Assembly (NCBI GenBank): GCA_035607175.1
Contig: DATNCP010000162.1
Location: 18,362 to 82,361, forward strand
Origin: Burkholderiales bacterium
Lineage (GTDB): Bacteria > Pseudomonadota > Gammaproteobacteria > Burkholderiales > SG8-39
Direction of reading: 5' to 3'
DNA length: 64,000 bases
Shown here: one piece after another, positions 9,574 through 19,165 of the stretch
Position numbering within the stretch: the first letter of the stretch is position 1
Layout: every line of letters begins with the position of its first letter
Made by a program: the position numbers and the translations under genes
Notes under the pieces: model-generated
What the model was told of the DNA's origin: nothing
Database searches by the model: none
What the model saw: the letters and a program-made list of their open reading frames with translations, nothing else

Positions 9574-10352
9574 GATTTCCGCTCCTGTCTTTCGATGAAA
9601 TCCATCAGCACTTCGTTGAACCGCCCGGGCCGCTCGAGGTTCACGAGGTGGCCCGCGCCCTTGATCATCACCAGCTCCGCGCCCGGGATGCGGCGCGCCA
9701 CGTCGCGCGCCAGGGCCGGCGGATACACCGTGTCCTCGTCGCCGGACACGACCAGCGTCGGCACGCGGATGTTCTCGATCGGCGCGCCGCGGTCCTGCGC
9801 CACGGACGCCTCCAGCGTCTTGCGGTAGGACTCCTCGCGCATCGTCGACACGCTCTGCCACAGCGCGTCGAAGGCGCCCGCCCTGGCGCGGCTGCCGAGC
9901 AGCTTGCGCACGCTCTCGGGCGTCTGCGTCCTGCGCTCGGTGACGAAGCGGCGCACTTCGTCGATCGACATCGAATCGAAGCCCGGCGTGGTGTTCACCA
10001 GGGTCAGCGAGCAGAGCCGCTCGGGGAAGCGCAGCGCGACGTTGCGCGCGATGCGCCCGCCCATCGAAAGCCCGACCAGGTGCGCCTGCTTCACGCCGAA
10101 GTGCTCGATGACGCGTAGCACGTCGCCGCTGAAGTGATCGAACTGCAGCGGCCCGGCGTAGTCGTCGGAGTCGCCGTAGCCGCGGGCGTCCCAGGCGGCG
10201 GCGCGATAGCGCTTCGAGAACGTCTCGATCTGCGCCGCCCAGTTGCCGCGGTTGCCGCGGATGCCGTGCAGGAAGAGCATCAACGAGCCGCTGCCCGCGA
10301 CCGAGACCGCAAGGCGCGGCGCCGGGCCGACGTGGACGGTCTCGACGCTCAC
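9570..10352 (-). CDS. alpha/beta hydrolase
   Basis: GTG start at 10352 in a GTGA overlap. HGIRGN and the GLSMGG nucleophile elbow are present. Confidence 0.8.
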   Translation of the reverse strand: MSVETVHVGPAPRLAVSVAGSGSLMLFLHGIRGNRGNWAAQIETFSKRYRAAAWDARGYGDSDDYAGPLQFDHFSGDVLRVIEHFGVKQAHLVGLSMGGRIARNVALRFPERLCSLTLVNTTPGFDSMSIDEVRRFVTERRTQTPESVRKLLGSRARAGAFDALWQSVSTMREESYRKTLEASVAQDRGAPIENIRVPTLVVSGDEDTVYPPALARDVARRIPGAELVMIKGAGHLVNLERPGRFNEVLMDFIERQERKS

Positions 10353-11308
10353 TCGGCTTTTGCGCCGGAGATCTTCACTGCCCTGCCGCGGCTTTCCCGG
10401 TCCTTCCTGATGTACGCCGCAAACTCGGCGGGGCTGCTGCCGACCACCTCGTAGCCCTTGTCGATGAGCTGCTTCTGGCGGAAATCGGTCTCTTCAAGGA
10501 CGCGCTTCACGTCCGCGTAGACCTTGTCGACGGCCGCTTTGGGAGAACCGGCAGGCAGGAAAAAGCCGAACCAGGCGTGCGTCTCGACCTCCGGGAAACC
10601 GAGCTCCGCGAAGGTCGGCACCTGGGGCAGCAGCGGCGAGCGCTGCGCGCCGCCGATCGCGATCGCCTTGATCCGGGCGGCCTTCAGCTGCGGCATCGAG
10701 GTGGCGATGCCGGCGAAGGTGAGCTCCACCTCGTTGGCCATGACGGCCGGCACCGCGAGCGAGATGCCCTTGTAGGGTACGTGCAGCAGGTCGATCCCCG
10801 CCTTGTACTTCAGCATCTCGCCGGAGAGATGCGGCTGGCTGCCGCTGCCGTACGACGCGTAGCGGATGGCGCCCGGCTTCGCTTTCGCGAGCCTGATCAA
10901 TTCCGGCAGCGTGTCGGCGGGCAGCGAGGGATGCGCGACCAGGAGCTGCTGCAGGAGCACCAGCATCGTCACCGGCACGAAGTCCCGCTCCGCGTCGTAG
11001 GGCAGCTTCGCGTACAGGTGCGGGTTGATCGAGAAGGTGGCGTCGGTCGTCATCAGCATGGCGTAGCCGTCGGCAGGCGCCTTCGCGACGGCGTCGGCGG
11101 CGATGATGGTGTTGGCGCCGGGCCGGTTCTCGACCAGCACCGTCTGCCCCCATTGCGCCGTGAGCTTCTCGGCGATCTGGCGCGCCATCACGTCGATGCC
11201 GCCGCCGGGCGGATAGGCGACGACGATGCGCACCGGCTTGGCCGGCCAGGACTGCGCCGCGGCAGCGAAACAGCAAAGGGATAGCGTTGCGGCGACGAGC
11301 AATCTCAT
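10349..11308 (-). CDS. Bug/TctC-family substrate-binding protein (orphan)
   Basis: ATG 11308 gives [39 protein letters not shown]. Confidence 0.85.
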   Translation of the reverse strand: MRLLVAATLSLCCFAAAAQSWPAKPVRIVVAYPPGGGIDVMARQIAEKLTAQWGQTVLVENRPGANTIIAADAVAKAPADGYAMLMTTDATFSINPHLYAKLPYDAERDFVPVTMLVLLQQLLVAHPSLPADTLPELIRLAKAKPGAIRYASYGSGSQPHLSGEMLKYKAGIDLLHVPYKGISLAVPAVMANEVELTFAGIATSMPQLKAARIKAIAIGGAQRSPLLPQVPTFAELGFPEVETHAWFGFFLPAGSPKAAVDKVYADVKRVLEETDFRQKQLIDKGYEVVGSSPAEFAAYIRKDRESRGRAVKISGAKAE

Positions 11309-11333
11309 GGGTGGCGGATGATATCTTAGGCGG

Positions 11334-12539
11334 ATGCTGCACAACATGAAGCTGCTGGCGCAAAACACTCTCAACGGCCACGGCGGCATGGGCGAGGGCA
11401 TGTCGATGCAGCTCGCGCGCGACGGCCGCCGCATCCTCTGGCTCGCGCACGAGAGCGCGCCGAAGAACTTCACTGCCGTCGACGTCAGCGACCCGCGCAA
11501 GCCGAAGGTCGTCGTGCAGACCGACCTGCCGCACGCGCAGATGCGCTCCAACTCGCTCGAGACCTCGGGCGACCTGATGGCGGTCGCCTACCAGGTGTCG
11601 AAGCCGGGGCTGAAGCCCGCCGGCGTGGAGCTGTTCGACATCAGCGTGCCGGAGAAGCCGCGCTCGGTCTCGTTTTTCGACGCATCGGGCCCGACCTCGC
11701 GCGGCTGCCACGTGCTGTGGTTCGTCGACGGCGTCACGGTGCACACCGCCTGCTCCGACCCGGAGCTGACGCCGCTCAACCAGAAAGACGACCAGGTCTA
11801 CCGCATCCTCGACGTGAGCAACCCGTCGAAGCCGGTCGCGGTCGGCCGCTGGCATCTCGAGGGCACGATGCAAGGCGACGCCGCGCCGCCGCCGGCGCGC
11901 CTGCCGAAGAAGTTCGACGCCGGCTTCCGCGCCCACAACACCAACGTCTACCCGGAGCGGCCCGACCGCTGCTACCTCGGCTATCTCGACGGCGGCATCA
12001 TGGTGCTCGACATCGCCGACCGCGCGCGGCCGAAGCTGATTTCGACCTGGCGCAACTCGCCGCCCTACAACGGCTTCGCCCACACGGTGCTGCCGCTCTT
12101 CGGCCGCGACCTGCTGGTGGTCACCGACGAATCGGTGCAGGACGACGGCGCCGACTGGCCGAAGCTCGTCTGGCTGCTCGACGCGCGCGACGAGAAGAAC
12201 CCGGTGAGCATCGCGACGCTGCCCGTCACCGGCGTGAAGCCGCTGCTGCATGCCGGCGGCCGCTGCGGCGCGCACAACGTGCACGAGAACCCGCCGGTGC
12301 GCGGCGCGTGGCGCTCGGAGGACTACGTGCTTGGCACCTTCTTCAACGCCGGCGTGCGGATCTACGACGTGCGCGATCCCTATCAGCCGAGCGAGGTGGC
12401 GTGGTACGTGCCGCCCACGCCCGAAGGCTCGTCGCGACCGACCGCGCAGATCAACGATGTCTTCGTCGACGACCGCGGGATTGTTTTCGCGGTCGATCGC
12501 CACGCCGGCGGGCTTTACGCCCTGGAGATGAAATTGTGA
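11334..12539 (+). CDS. LVIVD-repeat beta-propeller protein
   Basis: Repeated x-x-D-(V/I)-S-x-P-x-x-P units: AVDVSDPRKP, LFDISVPEKP, ILDVSNPSKP, VLDIADRARP, IYDVRDPYQP. Confidence 0.7.
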   Translation: MLHNMKLLAQNTLNGHGGMGEGMSMQLARDGRRILWLAHESAPKNFTAVDVSDPRKPKVVVQTDLPHAQMRSNSLETSGDLMAVAYQVSKPGLKPAGVELFDISVPEKPRSVSFFDASGPTSRGCHVLWFVDGVTVHTACSDPELTPLNQKDDQVYRILDVSNPSKPVAVGRWHLEGTMQGDAAPPPARLPKKFDAGFRAHNTNVYPERPDRCYLGYLDGGIMVLDIADRARPKLISTWRNSPPYNGFAHTVLPLFGRDLLVVTDESVQDDGADWPKLVWLLDARDEKNPVSIATLPVTGVKPLLHAGGRCGAHNVHENPPVRGAWRSEDYVLGTFFNAGVRIYDVRDPYQPSEVAWYVPPTPEGSSRPTAQINDVFVDDRGIVFAVDRHAGGLYALEMKL

Positions 12540-13489
12540 GAATACTGCTTGCCGTATTGGCACTTTTTTCTTCGAGCGTTTTTTCTCAAGATTATCCGAA
12601 CAAGCCGATCCGCCTCGTGGTGGGCTTCGCCGCGGGCGGCATCTCCGACGTGCTGGCGCGCGCCATCGCGATTCCGCTGACGAAGCAGCTCGGCCAGCAG
12701 GTGATCGTCGACAACAAGCCCGGCGCGGGCACCACCATCGCCGGCGACTTCATCCTCAAGTCCGCGCCCGACGGCTACACCATCTGGCTGCAGGACGTCA
12801 CCACCCACGCGATCAACGCCAACCTGTACGCGAAGCTGCCGTACGATTCGATGAAGGACTTTGCGTTCGTGGCGATGGTTGCCTCGACGCCGCTGATGCT
12901 GGTGGTGCATCCCACGACCCCGGCGCAGAACGCGAAGGACCTGATCGCGCTGCTCAAGGCGAATCCCGGCAAGTATTCCTACGGCTCCTCCGGCAACGGC
13001 ACCATCGTCCATCTCGCCGCCGAGATGCTGCGCTCGGCGGCCGGCGTGGAAGTGCTGCACGTGCCCTACAAGGGGAGCAATCCCGCCACCGCCGCGATCC
13101 TCGGCGGCGAGGTGACCTTCGTCTTCTCCACCATGCCGCCGGCGATCGCAAACGCGAAAGCGGGCAAGCTGCGCGCCCTCGCGGTGACGACGCCGAAGCG
13201 CGTCGGCGCGGCGCCGGAAGTGCCGACCATGATCGAATCGGGCCTGCCGAATTTCGAGATCGTGCTCTACTCGGGCATCCTCGCGCCCAAGGGCATGGAC
13301 CGCGCCTTGGTGAGGCGGATCAACGCCGAATTCGCGAGAGCGGTGCACGCGCCCGAGATGCAGCCGGTGTGGCAGAACATCGGCGCCGATCCGCTCGCGA
13401 TGTCGCCGGAGGAGTTCGAGAAGCGGACCGCGGCCGAGATCGCCAAGCTCGGCCCGGTGGTGAAGGCTTCGGGAGCGAAAGTCGACTGA
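12536..13489 (+). CDS. Bug/TctC-family substrate-binding protein (orphan)
   Basis: GTG 12536 in a GTGA overlap gives VRILLAVLALFSSSVFSQDYPNKPIRLVVGFAAGGISD. Confidence 0.85.
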   Translation: MRILLAVLALFSSSVFSQDYPNKPIRLVVGFAAGGISDVLARAIAIPLTKQLGQQVIVDNKPGAGTTIAGDFILKSAPDGYTIWLQDVTTHAINANLYAKLPYDSMKDFAFVAMVASTPLMLVVHPTTPAQNAKDLIALLKANPGKYSYGSSGNGTIVHLAAEMLRSAAGVEVLHVPYKGSNPATAAILGGEVTFVFSTMPPAIANAKAGKLRALAVTTPKRVGAAPEVPTMIESGLPNFEIVLYSGILAPKGMDRALVRRINAEFARAVHAPEMQPVWQNIGADPLAMSPEEFEKRTAAEIAKLGPVVKASGAKVD

Positions 13490-14391
13490 AACCCCTGCTG
13501 CCGCAGCACGCGCGCTATGAATTCGCGCCGCTACCGGAGCGGAAGGACTACAGCTGGCCGGAGGGGAAGCGCCTCGCCTTCGTGCTGACCACCAACGTCG
13601 AGTGGTTCGCCTTCGGCGCCGGGCTCGGCCACGACCCGGCGAAGACCGGCGAGCCGCAGACGCACCGCAACTACGCCTGGCGCGACTACGGCAACCGCAT
13701 CGGCATCTGGCGCCTGCTCGAGCTCTTCGACGAGCTGAAGCTGCCCGTCGCGCACAACACCAACACGCTGGTCTACGACTACGCGCCGCAGGTCATGGCG
13801 GCGATCCGCAAGCGCGGCGACGAGGTGGTGGCGCATGGCCGTACCAACGCCGAGAACCTGAGAGGCCTGTGGCAGCCCGATGAGGAGCGCCTGATCCGCG
13901 AGGTGACCGAGGCGATCGCGCGGCACGAGGGCGCACCGCCGGCCGGATGGCTGGGATCGGGTGCGTACGAGACGGCGAACACGCTCGACCTCCTCAAGGA
14001 GGCGGGTTACCGCTACGTCATGGACTGGCCGATGGACGACCAGCCGGTCTGGCTGAAAACGCGCGCCGGGCCGATCCTCTCGGTGCCGTATCCGATCGAG
14101 CTCAACGATTCGCAGGTGGTGATCCACCGCAAGCAGGACGCGGCGGACTTCTGTGAAATGATCGTCGACCAGTTCGACGAGATGATCGAGCAGTGCCAGC
14201 GCCACCCGCTGGTCATGAACGTGTCAGTGCACACCTACGTTTTTGGCCAGCCATTCCGCCTGCGGCGGCTGCGCGCCGCGCTCAAGCACTGCCTGGGCCA
14301 TGCGCGGGCGGCACGCGTGTGGTGGACGCGACCGCGCGATATTGCCGAATTTTGCTCGCGGCTGGCGCCGGGAATCGTTCCCGGGAGTTGA
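13486..14391 (+). CDS. polysaccharide deacetylase family protein (PuuE-like); start uncertain, possibly CTG
   Basis: Deacetylase-like core: WPEGKRLAFVLTTNVEW...HGRTN...MDWPMDDQP. The only in-frame ATG/GTG/TTG starts are GTG 13369, which overlaps the upstream gene by 121 nt, and GTG 13582, which truncates the core. CTG 13486 overlaps the upstream TGA and has GGGAG 10 nt upstream. Confidence 0.65.
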   Translation: MKPLLPQHARYEFAPLPERKDYSWPEGKRLAFVLTTNVEWFAFGAGLGHDPAKTGEPQTHRNYAWRDYGNRIGIWRLLELFDELKLPVAHNTNTLVYDYAPQVMAAIRKRGDEVVAHGRTNAENLRGLWQPDEERLIREVTEAIARHEGAPPAGWLGSGAYETANTLDLLKEAGYRYVMDWPMDDQPVWLKTRAGPILSVPYPIELNDSQVVIHRKQDAADFCEMIVDQFDEMIEQCQRHPLVMNVSVHTYVFGQPFRLRRLRAALKHCLGHARAARVWWTRPRDIAEFCSRLAPGIVPGS

Positions 14392-14422
14392 AGGCGCGGT
14401 ATCCTCCTACCGGGAGGAAAGC

Positions 14423-17400
14423 GTGCTTCTGCCGTCGGGCCCCGCCGAGCTATCCAATGCCGTCCGCGTCCTGCTGCTCGAGGACGAACGGACCTGCGCG
14501 GAGATCGTCGCCCAGTACCTGCGCAGCGTGCGCGGCCTGGAATTGCGGCTCGACGTCGCCACCACGCTCGCCGAGGCGCGCGTGCATCTCGCCCGCGGTG
14601 CCTATGACCTGCTGATCGTCGACCTGCATTTGCCCGACTCGAAGGGCCTCGCCACCCTCGACGCCATGCAGGGCAGCAACGCGCTGGTCATCGTCATTAC
14701 CGGCGACAACGAGTCGGACCTGCGCGAGGCGGTGCTGGCGCGCGGCGCCTACGACTTCATGCACAAGGCGCAGCTCAGCCAGAGCTCCTTCGAGCGGCTG
14801 GTGCGGCTGGCGGCGGTGCAGGCCGACACGGTGCGCTCGCTGCGGCGCAGCCAGGCGCGGCTGCAGGCGATCGTCGATGCCGAGCCGGAATGCGTGAAGG
14901 TCCTCGACCGCAGGGGCAACCTGATCGAGATGAACCCGGCCGGCCTGCGGATGGTCGAGGCGGAGAGCCTCGACGCGGTACGCGGCCACTGCGTCTTCCC
15001 GCTGGTGGTCCCGGACCAGCGCGAAGCGTTCCAGGGCCTGGTGCGGCGCGTCGCCGACGGCGGCGAGGGCAGCATGGAGTTCGAGGTGGTCGGGCTGAAG
15101 GGCGGGCGGCGCTGGCTGCACACGCACATGGTGCCGCTGCAGGACGAGGCGAGCGGCGAGCGCCTGGTGCTCGGCATCACACGCGACGTCACGGTGCAGA
15201 AGCGCGCGGAGCGCGAGCGCACCAGCGTCGAGCAGGCGCTGCGCGAGAGCGAGACGCGCTTCCGGCGCACCTTCGAGCTGGCGGCCTCGGGGATCGCGCA
15301 CATCGGCATGGACCGGCGCTTCATCCGCGTCAACCGCCGGCTGTGCGAGATCCTCGGCTACGCCGAGAGCGAGCTGCTCGGGCTCACCGGCAGGCAGATT
15401 TCGCACCCGGACGACCTCGACGTCATCAACGAGCAGCGCCCGCAGCTCTACGCCGGCGAGATCGATGCGGTGCGCCTGGAGAAGCGCTATCTGCGCAAGG
15501 ACGGCGCGGTAGTGTGGGTGACGTTCACGGTGACGCTGCAGCGCGACGCCGCCGGCAAGCCGCAATACGAGATCGCGGTGTTCGACGACATCACCGCACG
15601 CAAGCAGGCCGAGGAGGCGCTGCGGGAGAGCGAGGCGCGCTTTCGCAGCCTGGTCGCGCTTTCCTCCGACTTCTACTGGGAGACCGACGCCGAGCACCGG
15701 GTGGTGCACACCACGCGCGACCAGAAGTACCGACCGACGGGTGACCCGGTGATCGGCAGGACGCGATGGGACCGGCCTTCGATCCGCCCCGACGAGGCGG
15801 GCTGGGCTGCGCACCGCGCGGCGCTCGAGGCGCGGCTGCCGTTCCACGACTTCGAGATCGAGCGCGTCGATGCCGACGGCGAGCGCCGCTATCGCGCCTT
15901 GAGCGGCGAGCCGATGTTCGGCGCGCAAGGAGAGTTCCTCGGCTACCGCGGCGTCGGCCGCGACACGACGGAGCGCCGTCGCGAGGAGCGCTCGAAGGCG
16001 ATGGAGCACGCCGTCACGCGCTGCCTCGCGGAGGCCGATACCGAGGCGACAGCGCTGCGGGCCGTGCTGCGCGCGATCTGCGAGTCGGAGCAATGGGACT
16101 GCGGCCGCTACCTCGGCGCGGATGGCGCCGGCGTGCTGCGCCTGGTCGAGTCCTGGACCGCGCCGGGCTCGGGACTGGAGAAGCTGGTCGAGGCCGCGCG
16201 CGACATCACCATAGAGCCCGGCGTCGGCCTTGCCGGCCACGTCTGGCAGGCCGGCGAGCCGATCTGGATCGCCGACGTGCGGAGCGATCCACGCGCGCGC
16301 CCGCGCGTCTTCGCGCCCGAGTCTGGCATCCGCGGGGCGTTCGCCTTTCCGGTGACCGCCGGCGGGCGCTCGATCGGCGTGCTCCTGTTCAACGCCCGGG
16401 AGGTGCGCTCGCCCGACGGGCGGTTGCTGCAGGCGGCGCGCGTCATCGGCAGTCAGGTCGGCCAGTTCCTGCAGCGCAAGCAGGCGGAAGGCGCGCTGAG
16501 CGAGAGCGAGGCGCGCTTCCGCGAGACCTTCGAGCTGGCCGCGACCGGCATCGCCCACGTTGCGCTCGACGGCCGGTTCCTGCGCGTCAACCGCCGCCTG
16601 TGCGAGATGCTCGGCTACGCCGAGGCCGAGCTGGTCGGGCGCTCGGTCAAGGATCTGTCGCATCCCGACGATCGCGACGTCACCGATTCCGAGCGCGATC
16701 GCATGCGCAGCGGCGAGCTGCCGTCGGCGCGCTTCGAGAAGCGCTACTTTCGCAAGGACGGCTCGATGCTGTGGGTCGCTCTCACCGTGGCGCTGGCGCG
16801 CGACGCGGGCGGCGCGCCGCTGCACGAGATTTCGGTGCTCGAGGACATTACCGAGCGCAAGGAAAGGGAGGCGGCGCTGCAGCGCTTCCGCACCGCGCTC
16901 GACTCGTCCGCCGACATGGTGTTCCTGTTTCGCCTGCGCGACGGCGCGCTGCTCGACTTCAACGAGACCGTCTGCACCGAGCTCGGCTATACGTACGACG
17001 AGCTGCTCACGCTGCGTGCCACGGACATGCGCAGCGGCATCACGCCGGAGAGCCTGCGGGCCGAGATCGCGGCCCTGCTGGATTCGCCCGAGCGCAGCAA
17101 CACCGTGGTCAGCGAGTACCGGCGCAAGGACGGCAGCACCTTCCCGGTGGAGAGCCGGCGCAGCATCATCGACACGCCGCAGGGCAGGGTGCTGGTGGTC
17201 AATTCACGCGACCTGTCCGAGCGGCGCAGCGCCGAGAAGCGCCGCGCCACCCATGCCCGCTACCAGAAGAAGATCGCGCGCCTCGGCCAGAGCGCGCTCG
17301 CCAAGCGCGACGCCGCCGAGCTGCTCGAGCAGGCGGTACAGAGCGTGCTCGAGGGGATGAGCGGCGGCGTGGTCGCCTACGTCGAGCGCGGCGCGACGCC

Positions 17401-19081
17401 CGGCGAGGCAGTGTTGAGACGCGTCGACGGCCTTGCCGAGGCGGTGCCGGAGACGAGCGTGGCGAATTGCCGTCGCGAAAGCGCGCTCGGGCGCGTGCTG
17501 GAAGATGCCCAGCCGCTGGTCGTCAATCCGCCGTGGAGCGAAGACGAGCCGCTGCCGTTCCCGTGGGCGGCCCGCTACAAGGCGGCGGCGATCGTGCCGG
17601 TGCCCGGCGACCGCGGCGCGCGCGGCGCGCTGTGCGCGCTCGCCGAGCAGCCGCGCGCCTTCGGCCCCGAGGAGCTGCGCTTCCTCGGCGCGGCGGCGAG
17701 CATGGTTTCGGCCGCGCTGCATCGCCTGGACAGCGAGGCGCGCCTCGCCTATCTCGCGCAGTTCGATCCGCTGACCGGGCTGCCCAACCGCGCCCTGCTC
17801 AGCGACCGCTTTGCGCAGATGATCGTGCTGGCGATGCGGCGCGGCGCGCCGCTCGGGGTGCTGTTCATCGACCTCGACGACTTCAAGCTGGTCAACGACA
17901 CCCAGGGCCACGCCGCCGGCGACGAGCTGCTGAAGGAAACCGCGCGCCGGCTGCTGCTCTCGGTGCGCCAGGGCGACACCGTGGCGCGCATCAGCGGCGA
18001 CGAGTTCGCGGTCATCCTCGGCGACCTGGCGCGGGCCGACGACGCGGCGCTGGTGGCGCAGAAGATCATCGACAAGCTCGGCGAAGCCGTCGCCATCCGC
18101 AACCATCAGGTGTTCGTCACCGCCAGCATCGGCATCGCGACGTTCCCGGCCGACGGCGACAATGCCGAGGCGCTGCTCGGCGCCGCCGACGCGGCGATGT
18201 ATCGCGCCAAGCAGGCCGGCCGCAACGCCTTCCAGTTCTTCACCGCCGAGATCAACCAGCGCACCCGCGCCCGTGCCGTGCTCGGCGCCGAGCTGCGCCG
18301 GGCGCTGGAGCGCAACGAATTCTCGCTCGCCTACCAGCCGAAGATCGACCTGGAGAGCGGCCAGCCGAGCGGCGCCGAAGCGCTGCTGCGCTGGAATCAT
18401 CCCGAGCGCGGCAGCGTCGCCCCGGTGGAGTTCATCCCGGTGCTGGAGGAGACCGGCCTGATCGTACCGGTCGGCGAGTGGGTGCTGGAGCGCGCCTGCC
18501 GCGACATCAGGGCCTGGCAGGCGTCGGGCCGCAAGGTGATGCCGGTGGCGGTCAACCTCTCGGCGCGCCAGTTCCGCCAGCAGGACCTCGACGCGAGGAT
18601 CCGCTCGATCGTCGACGCCGCGGGCATCGCGCCAGCGCTGATCGAGCTCGAAATCACCGAGAGCCAGCTGATGCACGATCCCGAGCACGCGACGCGCGTG
18701 CTGCGCGCGCTCAGCAAGGCGGGTCTGCGGGTCGCGATCGACGATTTCGGCACCGGCTACTCGAGCCTCGCGTACCTGACGCGCTTCCCGCTCGCCGCGC
18801 TCAAGATCGACCGCTCGTTCGTCGCGCACGTGCTCTCCGACGAGGCCGATGCCACGATCGTGCGCACCATCGTCGACATGGCGCACACCCTCGGCTTCAC
18901 CGTGGTCGCCGAGGGCGTGGAGTCCGGCGGGCAGGCCGACTTCCTGCGCAAGCTCGGCTGCGAGCAGGCGCAGGGCTTCCTGTTCGCGCATCCGATGGCC
19001 GCCGCGGACTTCACCGCGCACCTCGACCGGGCCACGGCCAAGGCCGCGCCTCGTCGCCGGGCGAAGCCTCGCAAGCGGTAA
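14423..19081 (+). CDS. REC-PAS-PAS-PAS-GAF-PAS-PAS-GAF-GGDEF(SGDEF)-EAL c-di-GMP signalling protein
   Basis: GTG 14423 lies 6 nt after GGGAGG. REC: VLLLEDE...LLIVDLHLPDSKG. RQGD-x5-SGDEF. EAL motifs: EALLRW, ELEITES, DDFGTGYSSL, KIDRSF, EGVE. Confidence 0.85.
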   Translation: MLLPSGPAELSNAVRVLLLEDERTCAEIVAQYLRSVRGLELRLDVATTLAEARVHLARGAYDLLIVDLHLPDSKGLATLDAMQGSNALVIVITGDNESDLREAVLARGAYDFMHKAQLSQSSFERLVRLAAVQADTVRSLRRSQARLQAIVDAEPECVKVLDRRGNLIEMNPAGLRMVEAESLDAVRGHCVFPLVVPDQREAFQGLVRRVADGGEGSMEFEVVGLKGGRRWLHTHMVPLQDEASGERLVLGITRDVTVQKRAERERTSVEQALRESETRFRRTFELAASGIAHIGMDRRFIRVNRRLCEILGYAESELLGLTGRQISHPDDLDVINEQRPQLYAGEIDAVRLEKRYLRKDGAVVWVTFTVTLQRDAAGKPQYEIAVFDDITARKQAEEALRESEARFRSLVALSSDFYWETDAEHRVVHTTRDQKYRPTGDPVIGRTRWDRPSIRPDEAGWAAHRAALEARLPFHDFEIERVDADGERRYRALSGEPMFGAQGEFLGYRGVGRDTTERRREERSKAMEHAVTRCLAEADTEATALRAVLRAICESEQWDCGRYLGADGAGVLRLVESWTAPGSGLEKLVEAARDITIEPGVGLAGHVWQAGEPIWIADVRSDPRARPRVFAPESGIRGAFAFPVTAGGRSIGVLLFNAREVRSPDGRLLQAARVIGSQVGQFLQRKQAEGALSESEARFRETFELAATGIAHVALDGRFLRVNRRLCEMLGYAEAELVGRSVKDLSHPDDRDVTDSERDRMRSGELPSARFEKRYFRKDGSMLWVALTVALARDAGGAPLHEISVLEDITERKEREAALQRFRTALDSSADMVFLFRLRDGALLDFNETVCTELGYTYDELLTLRATDMRSGITPESLRAEIAALLDSPERSNTVVSEYRRKDGSTFPVESRRSIIDTPQGRVLVVNSRDLSERRSAEKRRATHARYQKKIARLGQSALAKRDAAELLEQAVQSVLEGMSGGVVAYVERGATPGEAVLRRVDGLAEAVPETSVANCRRESALGRVLEDAQPLVVNPPWSEDEPLPFPWAARYKAAAIVPVPGDRGARGALCALAEQPRAFGPEELRFLGAAASMVSAALHRLDSEARLAYLAQFDPLTGLPNRALLSDRFAQMIVLAMRRGAPLGVLFIDLDDFKLVNDTQGHAAGDELLKETARRLLLSVRQGDTVARISGDEFAVILGDLARADDAALVAQKIIDKLGEAVAIRNHQVFVTASIGIATFPADGDNAEALLGAADAAMYRAKQAGRNAFQFFTAEINQRTRARAVLGAELRRALERNEFSLAYQPKIDLESGQPSGAEALLRWNHPERGSVAPVEFIPVLEETGLIVPVGEWVLERACRDIRAWQASGRKVMPVAVNLSARQFRQQDLDARIRSIVDAAGIAPALIELEITESQLMHDPEHATRVLRALSKAGLRVAIDDFGTGYSSLAYLTRFPLAALKIDRSFVAHVLSDEADATIVRTIVDMAHTLGFTVVAEGVESGGQADFLRKLGCEQAQGFLFAHPMAAADFTAHLDRATAKAAPRRRAKPRKR

Positions 19082-19165
19082 GGAGTTGTTAGGACTGGGT
19101 TTTCGCGGCAGTTGTAGGGAATTCCCGACAGCGGAGGGGCTCGTGTTGAGGCAACCTACAAGGGC

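Noticed and set aside
13369-13485. GTG 13369 as the deacetylase start, as given by the ORF track.
   Set aside because: It requires a 121-nt out-of-frame overlap with the TctC gene and encodes an Arg/Gly-rich peptide. It is kept only as an alternative.
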